A stretch of DNA of 64,000 nucleotides from an uncultured Chloroflexia bacterium (GTDB taxonomy: Bacteria; Chloroflexota; Limnocylindria; Limnocylindrales; CSP1-4): NCBI GenBank assembly GCA_963833225.1, contig CAWHXD010000017.1, positions 256,001 to 320,000 of the forward strand, read 5' to 3'. The notes below the pieces were generated by a model. The model ran no database searches. It saw only the letters and a program-made list of their open reading frames with translations, and was not told where the DNA came from. Position numbers and translations under genes: made by a program. Positions 9,526 through 17,997 of the stretch are shown here, one piece after another (the first letter of the stretch is position 1; the number at the start of each line of letters is the position of its first letter).

Positions 9526-10204
9526 CGGACAGCCGGTACCCCACGCCGCGCACCGTTTCGACCTGCGCCCCCGCCGGCCCCAGCTTGGTGCGCAGGTAGT
9601 GGACGTAGGCGTCAACGGCGTTGGGCGTCACCGCGACGCTGAACGGCCACGCGTGATCGAGCAGCTGGTCACGCGTGAGCGCCTGACCGGGGTGGCGGAG
9701 GAGGGCTTCGAGCAGCGAGAACTCGCGGGGGCTGAGATCCACGTTGGCGCCATTCACCGTCACCCGGCGCGCGGCCTCGTCCAGCGTGATCGCACCGGCG
9801 GTCAGCCTCGGTTCTGAGCGTCGGGGTCCGGGCTCGGCCCGTCTCGCGAGGGCTCGCAGGCGCGCCGCAACCTCCGCATAGGCGAACGGCTTGACGACGT
9901 AGTCATCGGCGCCGGCATCGAGACCGGCGACACGGTCGTTGACCGTGTCACGGGCCGTCAGCATCAGGATGCTGACCTCCGCGCCCCGCGCGCCCTGCCT
10001 GCGGATCACGCGCGCGACATCGAGGCCGGACATGTCGGGCAGCCCGATGTCGAGGATCACGGCATCGAGGCCGTCGATCGCGCCGGCGAGCTCGATCCCG
10101 GAGCGACCGTCCGGCGCGTGCTCCACGACATGCCGGTCCTCCTCGAGGAGGCGGGTCAGGGCGCGGGCGAGACGCTGGTCATCCTCGACCAGGAGCAGGT
10201 GCAT
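9518..10204 (-). CDS. OmpR-family response regulator (MprA-like)
   Basis: LLVEDD, ILDIGLP, GADDYVVKPF, wHTH ETVRGVGY. Confidence 0.95.
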   Translation of the reverse strand: MHLLLVEDDQRLARALTRLLEEDRHVVEHAPDGRSGIELAGAIDGLDAVILDIGLPDMSGLDVARVIRRQGARGAEVSILMLTARDTVNDRVAGLDAGADDYVVKPFAYAEVAARLRALARRAEPGPRRSEPRLTAGAITLDEAARRVTVNGANVDLSPREFSLLEALLRHPGQALTRDQLLDHAWPFSVAVTPNAVDAYVHYLRTKLGPAGAQVETVRGVGYRLSDG

Positions 10205-10239
10205 GCGATGCCTCGAACAGCATTGGTCAGGAGACGATG

Positions 10240-11173
10240 CTACGTGCCCTGGCCAGTGGCGCGGGTGATCAGGGACGCGGCCCGGTCGATCGGGATCGCG
10301 AACCCGAGGCCCTCCGCGGTGGAGGCGATGGCCGTATTGATGCCGATGACCGCCCCGGTCGCATCGAGCAGTGGCCCACCGCTGTTGCCGGGGTTGATGG
10401 CGGCATCGGTCTGGATCAGGTCCTCCAGCGTCGTCGGGCGACCGGTGCTGTCGTCACGGACGGTGATCGTCCGCCCGAGGCCGGAGACGATGCCACGCGT
10501 GACCGTCTCGGTGTAGGTGCCCAGTGGGCTGCCGATGGCGATGGCGGTCTGGCCGACCTGGATGGCCGACGCGTCTCCGATCTTCGCCGCGGTCAGGCCG
10601 GTGGCGTCGACCTTGATCAGTGCCAGGTCCTCGTCCTTGGAGATCTCGACGACCGTCGCGGGCAGCTGCGCCGTCGTGTCCAGCTCCACCGTGAGCGTCT
10701 GGGCGCCCTCCACGACGTGGCGGTTGGTGAGGATGTAGCCGTCGCTGCTCAGGATGATGCCCGAGCCGACCCCGGTGACGGGGCCGCCGAACGGCGAGAA
10801 CCCCTGGGTCGTGATCCCGTCGGCGGTGATCGTGACGACCGAATCCCGGGCATGGGCCACGATGTCGGTGAGATCCGACGAGGTCACGGTCGTGGTCGCG
10901 GACGTCGTGGTGGCGATGGGCGCCGTCGGCCCCGCGGTGGGGGCCGGAACCAGCTCCTTCACCGCGATGGCGGTCCCGCCCGATGCGAGGGCCGCCGACA
11001 GCAGCGAGACGGCGACGATCGTCCCCAGTCCGGCCCGGCGGCGCGGGCGGACGGGAGGCGGCGCGTGCACGATCGGAGCGACAGGCCCCGCGGCGGGGAT
11101 GGCGGGTGCGGCGACCGGGGGCGGGAGAATTCGGCTCGTCGGGCCGTCCGTTGGGGGGAAGCGGCAAGGTCAT
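10240..11173 (-). CDS. HtrA/S1C serine protease without PDZ (PepD-like); apparent frameshift near 11100-11160
   Basis: ILTNRHVV, DLALIK, IQTDAAINPGNSGGPL; SD GGAG plus ATG at 11173 is out of frame with the 10240-11070 ORF. Confidence 0.88.
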
Positions 11174-11218
11174 CTGGAGACTCCACAGTGGGTGATGGGT
11201 CGATTGAAGCGGGTGCCG

Positions 11219-11235
11219 CTGAGACGCCTCTGAGA
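11219..11235 (-). promoter_or_regulatory. MprA-box-like direct repeat TCTCAG-N5-TCTCAG
   Basis: Minus strand TCTCAG AGGCG TCTCAG, about 45 nt upstream of the htrA ATG. Confidence 0.65.
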
Positions 11236-11281
11236 GCGGCCCCAGCCACCCTCGGCTCGGCGCATCCCCGGAGGAATCACG

Positions 11282-11328
11282 ACGCGGCGCTCCCGGTGGG
11301 GAGGAGAGAGCCACCCGGAGCGTCGCGT
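11282..11328 (-). ncRNA. Candidate sRNA/leader hairpin with C/U-rich anti-SD loop (or yceI terminator)
   Basis: 18-bp stem with 2 imperfections, minus-strand loop CUCUCUCCUCC; begins just after the second TCTCAG box and a -10-like element. Confidence 0.35.
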
Positions 11329-11353
11329 TCGATGACCATTCAAGCGCCGGTGG

Positions 11354-11370
11354 CTGAGAACGGTCTGAGA
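11354..11370 (-). promoter_or_regulatory. Second MprA-box-like direct repeat
   Basis: Minus strand TCTCAG ACCGT TCTCAG. Confidence 0.65.
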
Positions 11371-11374
11371 ACGA

Positions 11375-12142
11375 TCAGCCTTTTGTGAGCTGCAGCTGCA
11401 CCTCGAGGATGCCCCGGTCCTGGACGGACAGCACCGCCATCGCCTGGGGCTTGGTGATGCCGTAGTCAGCAAAGGCGATCTCGAGCGAACCCGTGATGGT
11501 GACCACGCCGCTCCCAAGGCGCGCCTGCAGCGGGATCTCCACCGCATTGGTCACGCCGTGGAGGGTCAGGTCGCCGGCCGCGGTGATGTCGATCACGGCG
11601 CCATCCGCGGGCGCAGGTTCGAGGTCGATGGGGGTCGTGAGCGTGAACGTGGCCGTCGGGAACTGCGAGGTCTGGAGCGCCTGCCGGCTCAGCTGACCGT
11701 CGCGCCGGGTTTCGTCGCTCACGAGGCCGGTCAGGTCAGCCGTGAACTCGGCGGCGCTGACGACGGTGCCATCGACCGTGACGGAGCCCGTGACGTCGGG
11801 GGTGCGGCCGACGGCCTCCGTGGCCCCGATGCTGGCGAGGGTCTCCTGGACGCGGTAGCCGACGAACGAGCCTGAGAAGTCGGAGAACGAACCCACCGCC
11901 GGATCGACCGACCAGGTGCCGCCAAGGCCTCCGGCGTCGGTGGTCGCGCTGCCGGACGTCGAGGCTGCCGGGCTGCGGCCCACAAGCGTGACCGGCGCCG
12001 GTCCGGCCGGGCGGAAGAACAGGTACCACGTCCCCGCTGCGGCGCCGATGAGCACGACGACCGCCAGGATGGCCAGAATCGGGGCCGGGCGCGGGCGGCG
12101 GATCTGCGTGTTCACGGACGACACCGGCAGCGACGCGGTCAT
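11375..12142 (-). CDS. YceI-family lipid/polyisoprenoid-binding protein, membrane anchored
   Basis: N-terminal TM, GTWSVD, RRDGQL, GDLTLHGVT, FADYGI; start ATG 12142 overlaps PRTase stop. Confidence 0.85.
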   Translation of the reverse strand: MTASLPVSSVNTQIRRPRPAPILAILAVVVLIGAAAGTWYLFFRPAGPAPVTLVGRSPAASTSGSATTDAGGLGGTWSVDPAVGSFSDFSGSFVGYRVQETLASIGATEAVGRTPDVTGSVTVDGTVVSAAEFTADLTGLVSDETRRDGQLSRQALQTSQFPTATFTLTTPIDLEPAPADGAVIDITAAGDLTLHGVTNAVEIPLQARLGSGVVTITGSLEIAFADYGITKPQAMAVLSVQDRGILEVQLQLTKG

Positions 12143-12614
12143 GCGCCGGCCTTGTAGGGGTACTGGACCCAGCCGTCGGCCGTGTCCGCCCAGAGGTCCG
12201 GGGCTCCATCCACCCGGGAGCGCCCCGGCTTGAAGTGGACCACGGCGGACAGCGGGATCCCGCCAGCTGTCTTCACGCGCGCGACGACCTCGGTCATCGT
12301 CTCGCCCGTCTCCCAGACCTCGTCCACCACCAACACCCGCTGGCCAGCCAGCAGCGCCGCGTCGGGGAAGTGCCCGATCACCGGGGCTGGGTGCGTGCCG
12401 CCCTCGGGCCGGTAGAACATGGCGCCCGCCACCAGGATCTCGCGCAGGTCCAGGCGGTAGGCGAGCATCCCCGCCGGGCACGAGGCCCGCCACGGGTGAT
12501 CGCGAGCACGAGGTCATGGTCGCGACCGGCCTTCACGGCGAGCCGTTCGACCAGGGCGTCGAGCGCGTCCCAGGTGATGATCTGCGTATTGGGCACAGCG
12601 CCATCATCGCGCAT
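12139..12614 (-). CDS. Purine phosphoribosyltransferase (Gpt/Hpt-like), frameshifted near 12470-12490
   Basis: IITWD...LAITRGG / LVP / GMLAYRL...VLVVDEVWETGET...WVQYPY; extra Gs in G runs. Confidence 0.8.
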
Positions 12615-12634
12615 GGCAGCGATGGAGCGTCCGA

Positions 12635-13387
12635 TCAGCCTCCGGTGCCGTTGCTCGGAGCGGGCGCGGACTCGGCGGGCCCCGCGGACTCGGCGGGGAT
12701 CCCGGACGCCACGGGCGTGGCCCTGATGTCGTGGCACAGGGTGCAGGTGCTGTCCTCACGCAGCGCATGGTCAATCGGCAGCGCGCCCACCTGTGCGCTC
12801 TGGTGGCACGCGCGGCAGGTGAGGTTCTGCGGGTCGGGATGGGGCTTCGTGGGCGGCGGGGCCGGGTTGGGCTTGTGGCACAGCCAGCACTCGTCCTGGT
12901 TGCGTCCCACCATGCTCGACGGGAGATGCGCCACCGATCCGTGGCAATCGAGGCAGGGCTCGTTGAGCTCGGCGTGCGCCTGGGTGATCGCCGGGCCGTC
13001 CTGGGCGATCTTGTGGCAGTTGAGGCACTCGCTCTCGGCGATGCCGGTGTGACCGGGCGCCTTGCGACCGAGCGTTTCATCCGTGTGACAGGTCAGGCAC
13101 GCGGTCCAGCCCTCGAGCGGGTGCCCGATCGCGGGGATCGGCTTGAGATCCGCGGCGCCACCCCGCTCGTGGCACAGCAGGCAGCTGTTCGAGGTGGGAA
13201 TGTGGGCCAGGCCCATCTGCATCGTCTCGGGTGTCGCCGCGACCGACGGTGCGCTGGTCTCGTCGGCGGTGCCGCGGGCCGGGATGACCTGCATCCAGTC
13301 GAGGACCATCGTGCCGGCCAGGAGAGCCACCACCACGAAGTTCGCCAGGATCAACAGCCGCAGCGTGCGGTCCAGCCGGGATCTCAT
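12635..13387 (-). CDS. Membrane-anchored multiheme cytochrome c (7 CxxCH)
   Basis: CLLCH, CLTCH, CLNCH, CLDCH, CWLCH, CRACH, CTLCH; N-terminal TM; ATGA overlap with protease. Confidence 0.9.
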   Translation of the reverse strand: MRSRLDRTLRLLILANFVVVALLAGTMVLDWMQVIPARGTADETSAPSVAATPETMQMGLAHIPTSNSCLLCHERGGAADLKPIPAIGHPLEGWTACLTCHTDETLGRKAPGHTGIAESECLNCHKIAQDGPAITQAHAELNEPCLDCHGSVAHLPSSMVGRNQDECWLCHKPNPAPPPTKPHPDPQNLTCRACHQSAQVGALPIDHALREDSTCTLCHDIRATPVASGIPAESAGPAESAPAPSNGTGG

Positions 13388-13935
13388 GCCATCGCCTCTG
13401 CCATGGGCCGGGTGGGGTCGCCACCTTGCCGCTCGTTGCTGAGAAGGAACGCCATTCGCGCGAGCTCGCGGCGGACAGCCGCGACAGCCGCCGGAATGGC
13501 GCCCGCCACCGCCGGCGAGAGGTGGACGCCGGCCTCGAGGTCCCCGACCTCGATCGCGACCATCGCCACCCGCGTCGGCAGCCAGCCCATGAGCCGGGCC
13601 ACCGCGAGGAGCTCGCCCACGGGCGTCCCCGCTCCCCCATCGGCGGCGCCGCCCGCCGAGCCCATCGCGTGGCCGTCCAGCACCCGGACCTCGCCGGCCG
13701 GCCCGCCGAGGCGCACGGCGTCCACGAGCACGAGGGCGCGCGACTCGCGGACTGGATCGAGCAGGTCGAGGCCGAGCGTCCCACCGTCGACCAGCCGCGT
13801 GCCCGAGGGAACGGTCCCGGAGGCCGCCTCCGCCTGGGCCCGCAGCGCCTCCACGACCCGCACGCCGACCGCATCGTCGCCGAGCATCACGTTGCCGACG
13901 CCGATCACGACCAGCGGAGCCACGGGGTGGTTCAT
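13384..13935 (-). CDS. Hydrogenase maturation protease (HyaD/HybD family)
   Basis: IGVGNVMLGDDAVG, VDGGTLGLDLL, LVDAV. Confidence 0.9.
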   Translation of the reverse strand: MNHPVAPLVVIGVGNVMLGDDAVGVRVVEALRAQAEAASGTVPSGTRLVDGGTLGLDLLDPVRESRALVLVDAVRLGGPAGEVRVLDGHAMGSAGGAADGGAGTPVGELLAVARLMGWLPTRVAMVAIEVGDLEAGVHLSPAVAGAIPAAVAAVRRELARMAFLLSNERQGGDPTRPMAEAMA

Positions 13936-14741
13936 GACTCGACCCGCTCCAGGAGCTCAGGCCCGCCGTCCCGCGACTCGACGACCTGGTGGCGGGTGGG
14001 GAACTTCCAGCCGCTGATGATGCTGCTGACCAGGCCGTTGTGCTCGATGTGGTCCACGAGCACGCAGCTGTACACGTGGAACAGCGCGATGGCGAGGATC
14101 AGCCACATCGAAAGGTGGTGGATCTGCCGAAGCAGCTGGGGACCCACGAGCTCGCGGAGCCAGGCGAACAGGGTGGCGCCGGGCTCAGCACCCATCAGGC
14201 CGTCGAGCGCGAAGCCGGTGACGGTCTCGACGAGGAGCAGCGCGAACAGGACGAGGTAGGCGGTGGCGGCCAGCTGGTTGTGGCCCAATACCTCCGGGAT
14301 CTCCTTGCGGATGAAGCCGTAGAACGCGCCCTGCCGGAACAGCTCCGTGAACTGGAACTTGGTGGTCGGGATGAACGCCTTCCAGCGAGCGAACCGGTTG
14401 CCGACCAGGAGCCAGTACGTGCGCACCAGCCCGGAGAGCAGGAACGTGAGCGCCGTCAGGATGTGGATGAGACGGACCGTCGACATCACGTTGCCGCCGG
14501 CGGGGATGAGGAACGGGTCGGCGATGTAGCCGCCGGTGACGGACAGGATCACGATGCAGCTCGCCGTGACCCAATGCGTCACCCGCACCGGGATCTGCCA
14601 GACGTACAGCCGGACCCGCTGGTCTGGGTTGGCCACATGGCCGTCATGAGGGACGGCGGCCACCGGGGGCTCAGCGACGGGCCCCACCTCGGACACGGGC
14701 TCCGGCTCGGCCGTTGCGAGGGGTTCGGAGACGGCGGTCAT
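13932..14741 (-). CDS. Ni/Fe-hydrogenase b-type cytochrome subunit (HyaC-like)
   Basis: YVWQIPVRVTHW, RLIH, GHNQLA, RQIHH, FHVY, SSIISGWK; four heme His present. Confidence 0.92.
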   Translation of the reverse strand: MTAVSEPLATAEPEPVSEVGPVAEPPVAAVPHDGHVANPDQRVRLYVWQIPVRVTHWVTASCIVILSVTGGYIADPFLIPAGGNVMSTVRLIHILTALTFLLSGLVRTYWLLVGNRFARWKAFIPTTKFQFTELFRQGAFYGFIRKEIPEVLGHNQLAATAYLVLFALLLVETVTGFALDGLMGAEPGATLFAWLRELVGPQLLRQIHHLSMWLILAIALFHVYSCVLVDHIEHNGLVSSIISGWKFPTRHQVVESRDGGPELLERVES

Positions 14742-16504
14742 CGGGGCTCCTCGGGAGCAGTGTGGCGGCCCGGGTGGAACCCCGGGGCCTCGAACACATG
14801 GGCTGCGCACGCCGCGCACGGCGCGAACGAATGGATGACCCGGAGGAGCTCCACGGGCCTGGCCGGGTCCACCACCGCAACGCCTTCGAGCGCCGACTCC
14901 ATCGGGCCGGGCATCCCCCGGGCATCTCGCGGGGACGCGTTCCACGTCGACCCGTCGACGACCTGGTAGTGGTCGATCACCGCATCCTTGATCCGCAGCC
15001 AGTGACCGACGGACCCGCGGGGCCCCTCACCCAGCGACCAGCCCTCCACCTCCGACGGCCAGGAGACCGGATCCCACAGCTCAACGCTCGCGATGGCCAC
15101 GTCGCCGGTCGCGAGGCTGGCAGCGAGGTCGTCGAGCCAGCCCGCGAGGGCGGTCGTCACGACATCGAGCTCCACGGCCCGGGCAAGCGTTCGTCCCAGG
15201 GCACCGGTCACCTGCGCCGATGACAGACCCGCGTCGCCGAGCATCCGCCCGAACGACTCCCGGATCTCCGGCCGTCCATTCGCGGTGCCCACGAGGACAC
15301 GCGCCAGGGGGCCCGTCTCCATCACGAGCCCATCGAGCCGGGCGGACTTGACCCACGTGTACTTCTCGCCGGCATTGAGCTGCGAGAGGGGGATCTGCCC
15401 GGTGTACCTGGGCGTCGTCTCGCCCTCGGCGGGCGGGCGGAGCGAGTCGTCGACGTCGCTGTAGGCGTACCAGGCGTGTGAGACGGACTCCCCGACCGAT
15501 GCCTCGGCCACCGGCTTGGGTCCCTCGAGGTTGCCGCCGACCAGCCGTCCGCTCGAGAACAGGCGAGCCGGATCCCGGCTGGCGTCATCGGGGAACTCGC
15601 CGCTGCACAGGTAGTTGCCCGGCCCCGCCCCGATGGTGAGCCATTCCGGGTACGCCGCCATCAGCAGGGCGGTGTCCGGCAGCACGACCTGGTCGACGAA
15701 GGTCCGAGCGCTCCGCACGAGCGTCCGCATCAGCGCGATGCCCTCGTCGCTCAGGGCGAGGGGAGCGTTGTGATCCGGCACCTGGGGGTGCTGCCGGGTC
15801 TTGGCCACGTCGGGGCCACCCCACGGCGGCGCGAGCGCCATGCCGCCGACGAGGAAGGTCTGCGGGTGGGCCTCCTTGCCCGACAGCAGCGTGTGGATCC
15901 GCATGAAGTCCCGCTGCCAGTCCAGCGCGTCGAGGGCGTGGGTCATCAACAGCAGGCTCTGTTCCGGGCTCAGCAGATAGGCCGGGTGACCTGCCCAGGC
16001 CGGCGCGAACGGGCCCGGCTGCGAGGACGACACGACGGCAGCCAGGCGATCCCGGATCGACGCGAAGACCTCTGGCGTGGCTCCCGGCCAGGCGCTGCGA
16101 CCCTGGGCGAGCCGCGCGGTCGCTCCGGGGTCCGCGGTGATGGCCGCCGTCACGTCGACCCACTCGGGCAGGGCTCGCTGGTAGAGCGTCATCACGTGGT
16201 CGCGGACGAGCAGCGCGCCGCCGAGGACGTTGCGGATCAGGCGCGCGTTGGCCGGGATCTCGATCCCCAGCGCCTGCTCGACCGCGCGCACGGACGCGAG
16301 CGCGTGGACGCCGGTGCACGTCCCGCAGATGCGCTGCGCGAGCAGCCACGCGTCGCGCGGGTCGCGGCCGCGGAGCACCGACTCCATGCCGCGGAACATC
16401 GTGGCCGAGGCCCAGGCCGCGGACACGGAGCCGGCGGTGACGTCGGCCTCGACGCGGAGCTGGCCACCGAGGCGGGTGACGGGGTCGATGACGATGCGGG
16501 CCAT
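14738..16504 (-). CDS. Group 1 [NiFe]-hydrogenase-like large subunit with altered active-site motifs
   Basis: RGMESVLRGRDPRDAW...RICGTC (L1), GPRG, FAPCAACAAH (L2) plus 19-aa C-terminal extension. Confidence 0.9.
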   Translation of the reverse strand: MARIVIDPVTRLGGQLRVEADVTAGSVSAAWASATMFRGMESVLRGRDPRDAWLLAQRICGTCTGVHALASVRAVEQALGIEIPANARLIRNVLGGALLVRDHVMTLYQRALPEWVDVTAAITADPGATARLAQGRSAWPGATPEVFASIRDRLAAVVSSSQPGPFAPAWAGHPAYLLSPEQSLLLMTHALDALDWQRDFMRIHTLLSGKEAHPQTFLVGGMALAPPWGGPDVAKTRQHPQVPDHNAPLALSDEGIALMRTLVRSARTFVDQVVLPDTALLMAAYPEWLTIGAGPGNYLCSGEFPDDASRDPARLFSSGRLVGGNLEGPKPVAEASVGESVSHAWYAYSDVDDSLRPPAEGETTPRYTGQIPLSQLNAGEKYTWVKSARLDGLVMETGPLARVLVGTANGRPEIRESFGRMLGDAGLSSAQVTGALGRTLARAVELDVVTTALAGWLDDLAASLATGDVAIASVELWDPVSWPSEVEGWSLGEGPRGSVGHWLRIKDAVIDHYQVVDGSTWNASPRDARGMPGPMESALEGVAVVDPARPVELLRVIHSFAPCAACAAHVFEAPGFHPGRHTAPEEPR

Positions 16505-16505
16505 C

Positions 16506-17741
16506 TCAGCGCTCCTCGGTCATCGGAGCGTCGGGGGCGGCCACGCCCTCCGGATCGGACGGGGCCGGACTGGTCGTCTCGGGCGGGGCGGGATCAATCG
16601 TCTCGGGGGTGGCCGCATCGACAGCCTCCGCGACCGCGGCTCCCTCGGCGGCGGCGAGCGCTTCACGGCGCTCGTTCCGCGCGCGTCGCCGGTACCTCAC
16701 GCTCATGCCTACCGCGTGCGCGGCGGCCACCGCGCCGATACCGCCGACCATCGCGGCGCCCACGACATCCGTGGTCAGGTTCGGGAGGAATGGCACCGGG
16801 GACGGGAGACGGCGATACGCGGGGCCCATCTGTTCCCAGAAGTTGGGGGTCACGCAGCCGATGCAGCCGTGGCCGGCGCGAATGTTCCAGCTCACGCCCT
16901 CGCCGTAGCGAACGACCGGGCAGTTGCCCATGCTCTCGGGGCCCTTGCAGCCGACCTTGTACAGGCACCAGCCACGCTGGGCGCCCTCGTCGCCCCAGGC
17001 GAGGGCGAACTCGCCGAACTCGAAGTGGGGCCGGCGCTCGCACTCGTTGTGGATCAGGTTGCCGTAGGCGGCGAGGGGCCGGCTGGCGAGGTCGAGCGCC
17101 GGCCACTCGTTGAACGTGAGGTAGTGGACGATGACCGACACCAGGTTGACGACATTCATCGGGCAGCCGGGCAGGGCGATGAGCTTGGTATCGCCGGCGA
17201 TGCCACGGATCCCGTGCGCCTCCGTGAGACCACCTGGCGCCGCCGGCGCACCACCGTCCACGGCGCACGAGCCCACGGCGATGACCGCGAGGGCGCCCGC
17301 GATGACCTCCCGGGCGACGTCGCGAACGGGCCGGCCGCCAACCAGGCAATAGGCACCCGAGGCACCGTCGGGGATCGATCCCTCCACGACCGCGACGTAC
17401 CCCTTCGGGTAGCGCTCCATGGCGGTGGCCCGGGCCGCGTCCGCCCCGGCGCCGGAGGTCGCCATCAGCGACTGGTGGTATTCGAGTGACAGCGTGTCGA
17501 GCAGCAGCGTCTCGATCGTTGGATCCGGGCTGCGCAGGAACGATTCGGTGTTGCCGCTGCACGTCTGGCCCCGGACCCAGATCACGGGCAGGCGCGGCGC
17601 GGTCTCGAGCGCCGCCGCGATCCGTGGCGCGTACGACGCCGGCAGCGCGAGCGCCGCGGCCATCGCCGAGGAGAGCTTGATGAACGTTCGACGGGTCATC
17701 CCGCGCGCCAGCAGGGCGGCGTACAGACCGGCGTCGTCCAT
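16506..17741 (-). CDS. Group 1 [NiFe]-hydrogenase small subunit, Tat signal, C-terminal TM
   Basis: TRRTFIK Tat motif, CSGNTES, GSC, PGCP, HNEC, WCLYKVGCKGP, NCP, HGCIGC. Confidence 0.93.
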   Translation of the reverse strand: MDDAGLYAALLARGMTRRTFIKLSSAMAAALALPASYAPRIAAALETAPRLPVIWVRGQTCSGNTESFLRSPDPTIETLLLDTLSLEYHQSLMATSGAGADAARATAMERYPKGYVAVVEGSIPDGASGAYCLVGGRPVRDVAREVIAGALAVIAVGSCAVDGGAPAAPGGLTEAHGIRGIAGDTKLIALPGCPMNVVNLVSVIVHYLTFNEWPALDLASRPLAAYGNLIHNECERRPHFEFGEFALAWGDEGAQRGWCLYKVGCKGPESMGNCPVVRYGEGVSWNIRAGHGCIGCVTPNFWEQMGPAYRRLPSPVPFLPNLTTDVVGAAMVGGIGAVAAAHAVGMSVRYRRRARNERREALAAAEGAAVAEAVDAATPETIDPAPPETTSPAPSDPEGVAAPDAPMTEER

Positions 17742-17997
17742 CTTGTCTCACTTCCTGGCCGGCGCGACGGGCGGAGCCGGAGGCTCCGCGACGGGCGCAC
17801 CACTACATACCCACGGGACGCACTTCAGATCGTGACGGACTGGGGTACGGTCGCGGACCTGCCATCGGTGAGCGCACTGGGGTTCGAAGGGCACCCGGAT
17901 CGGGCCCGGATGGCCCGGGGCCGTTGGGGGCCTGACGGCCCGTCCCGGGCGGGGGCAACGGCCTGCCGCCGCAGCTGGCCAGTGGCGCGGGGCCTCC

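Noticed and set aside
12465-12495. Split phosphoribosyltransferase as two genes
   Set aside because: Removing one G from each of two G runs restores ITRGGLVPGGMLAY; typical homopolymer error.
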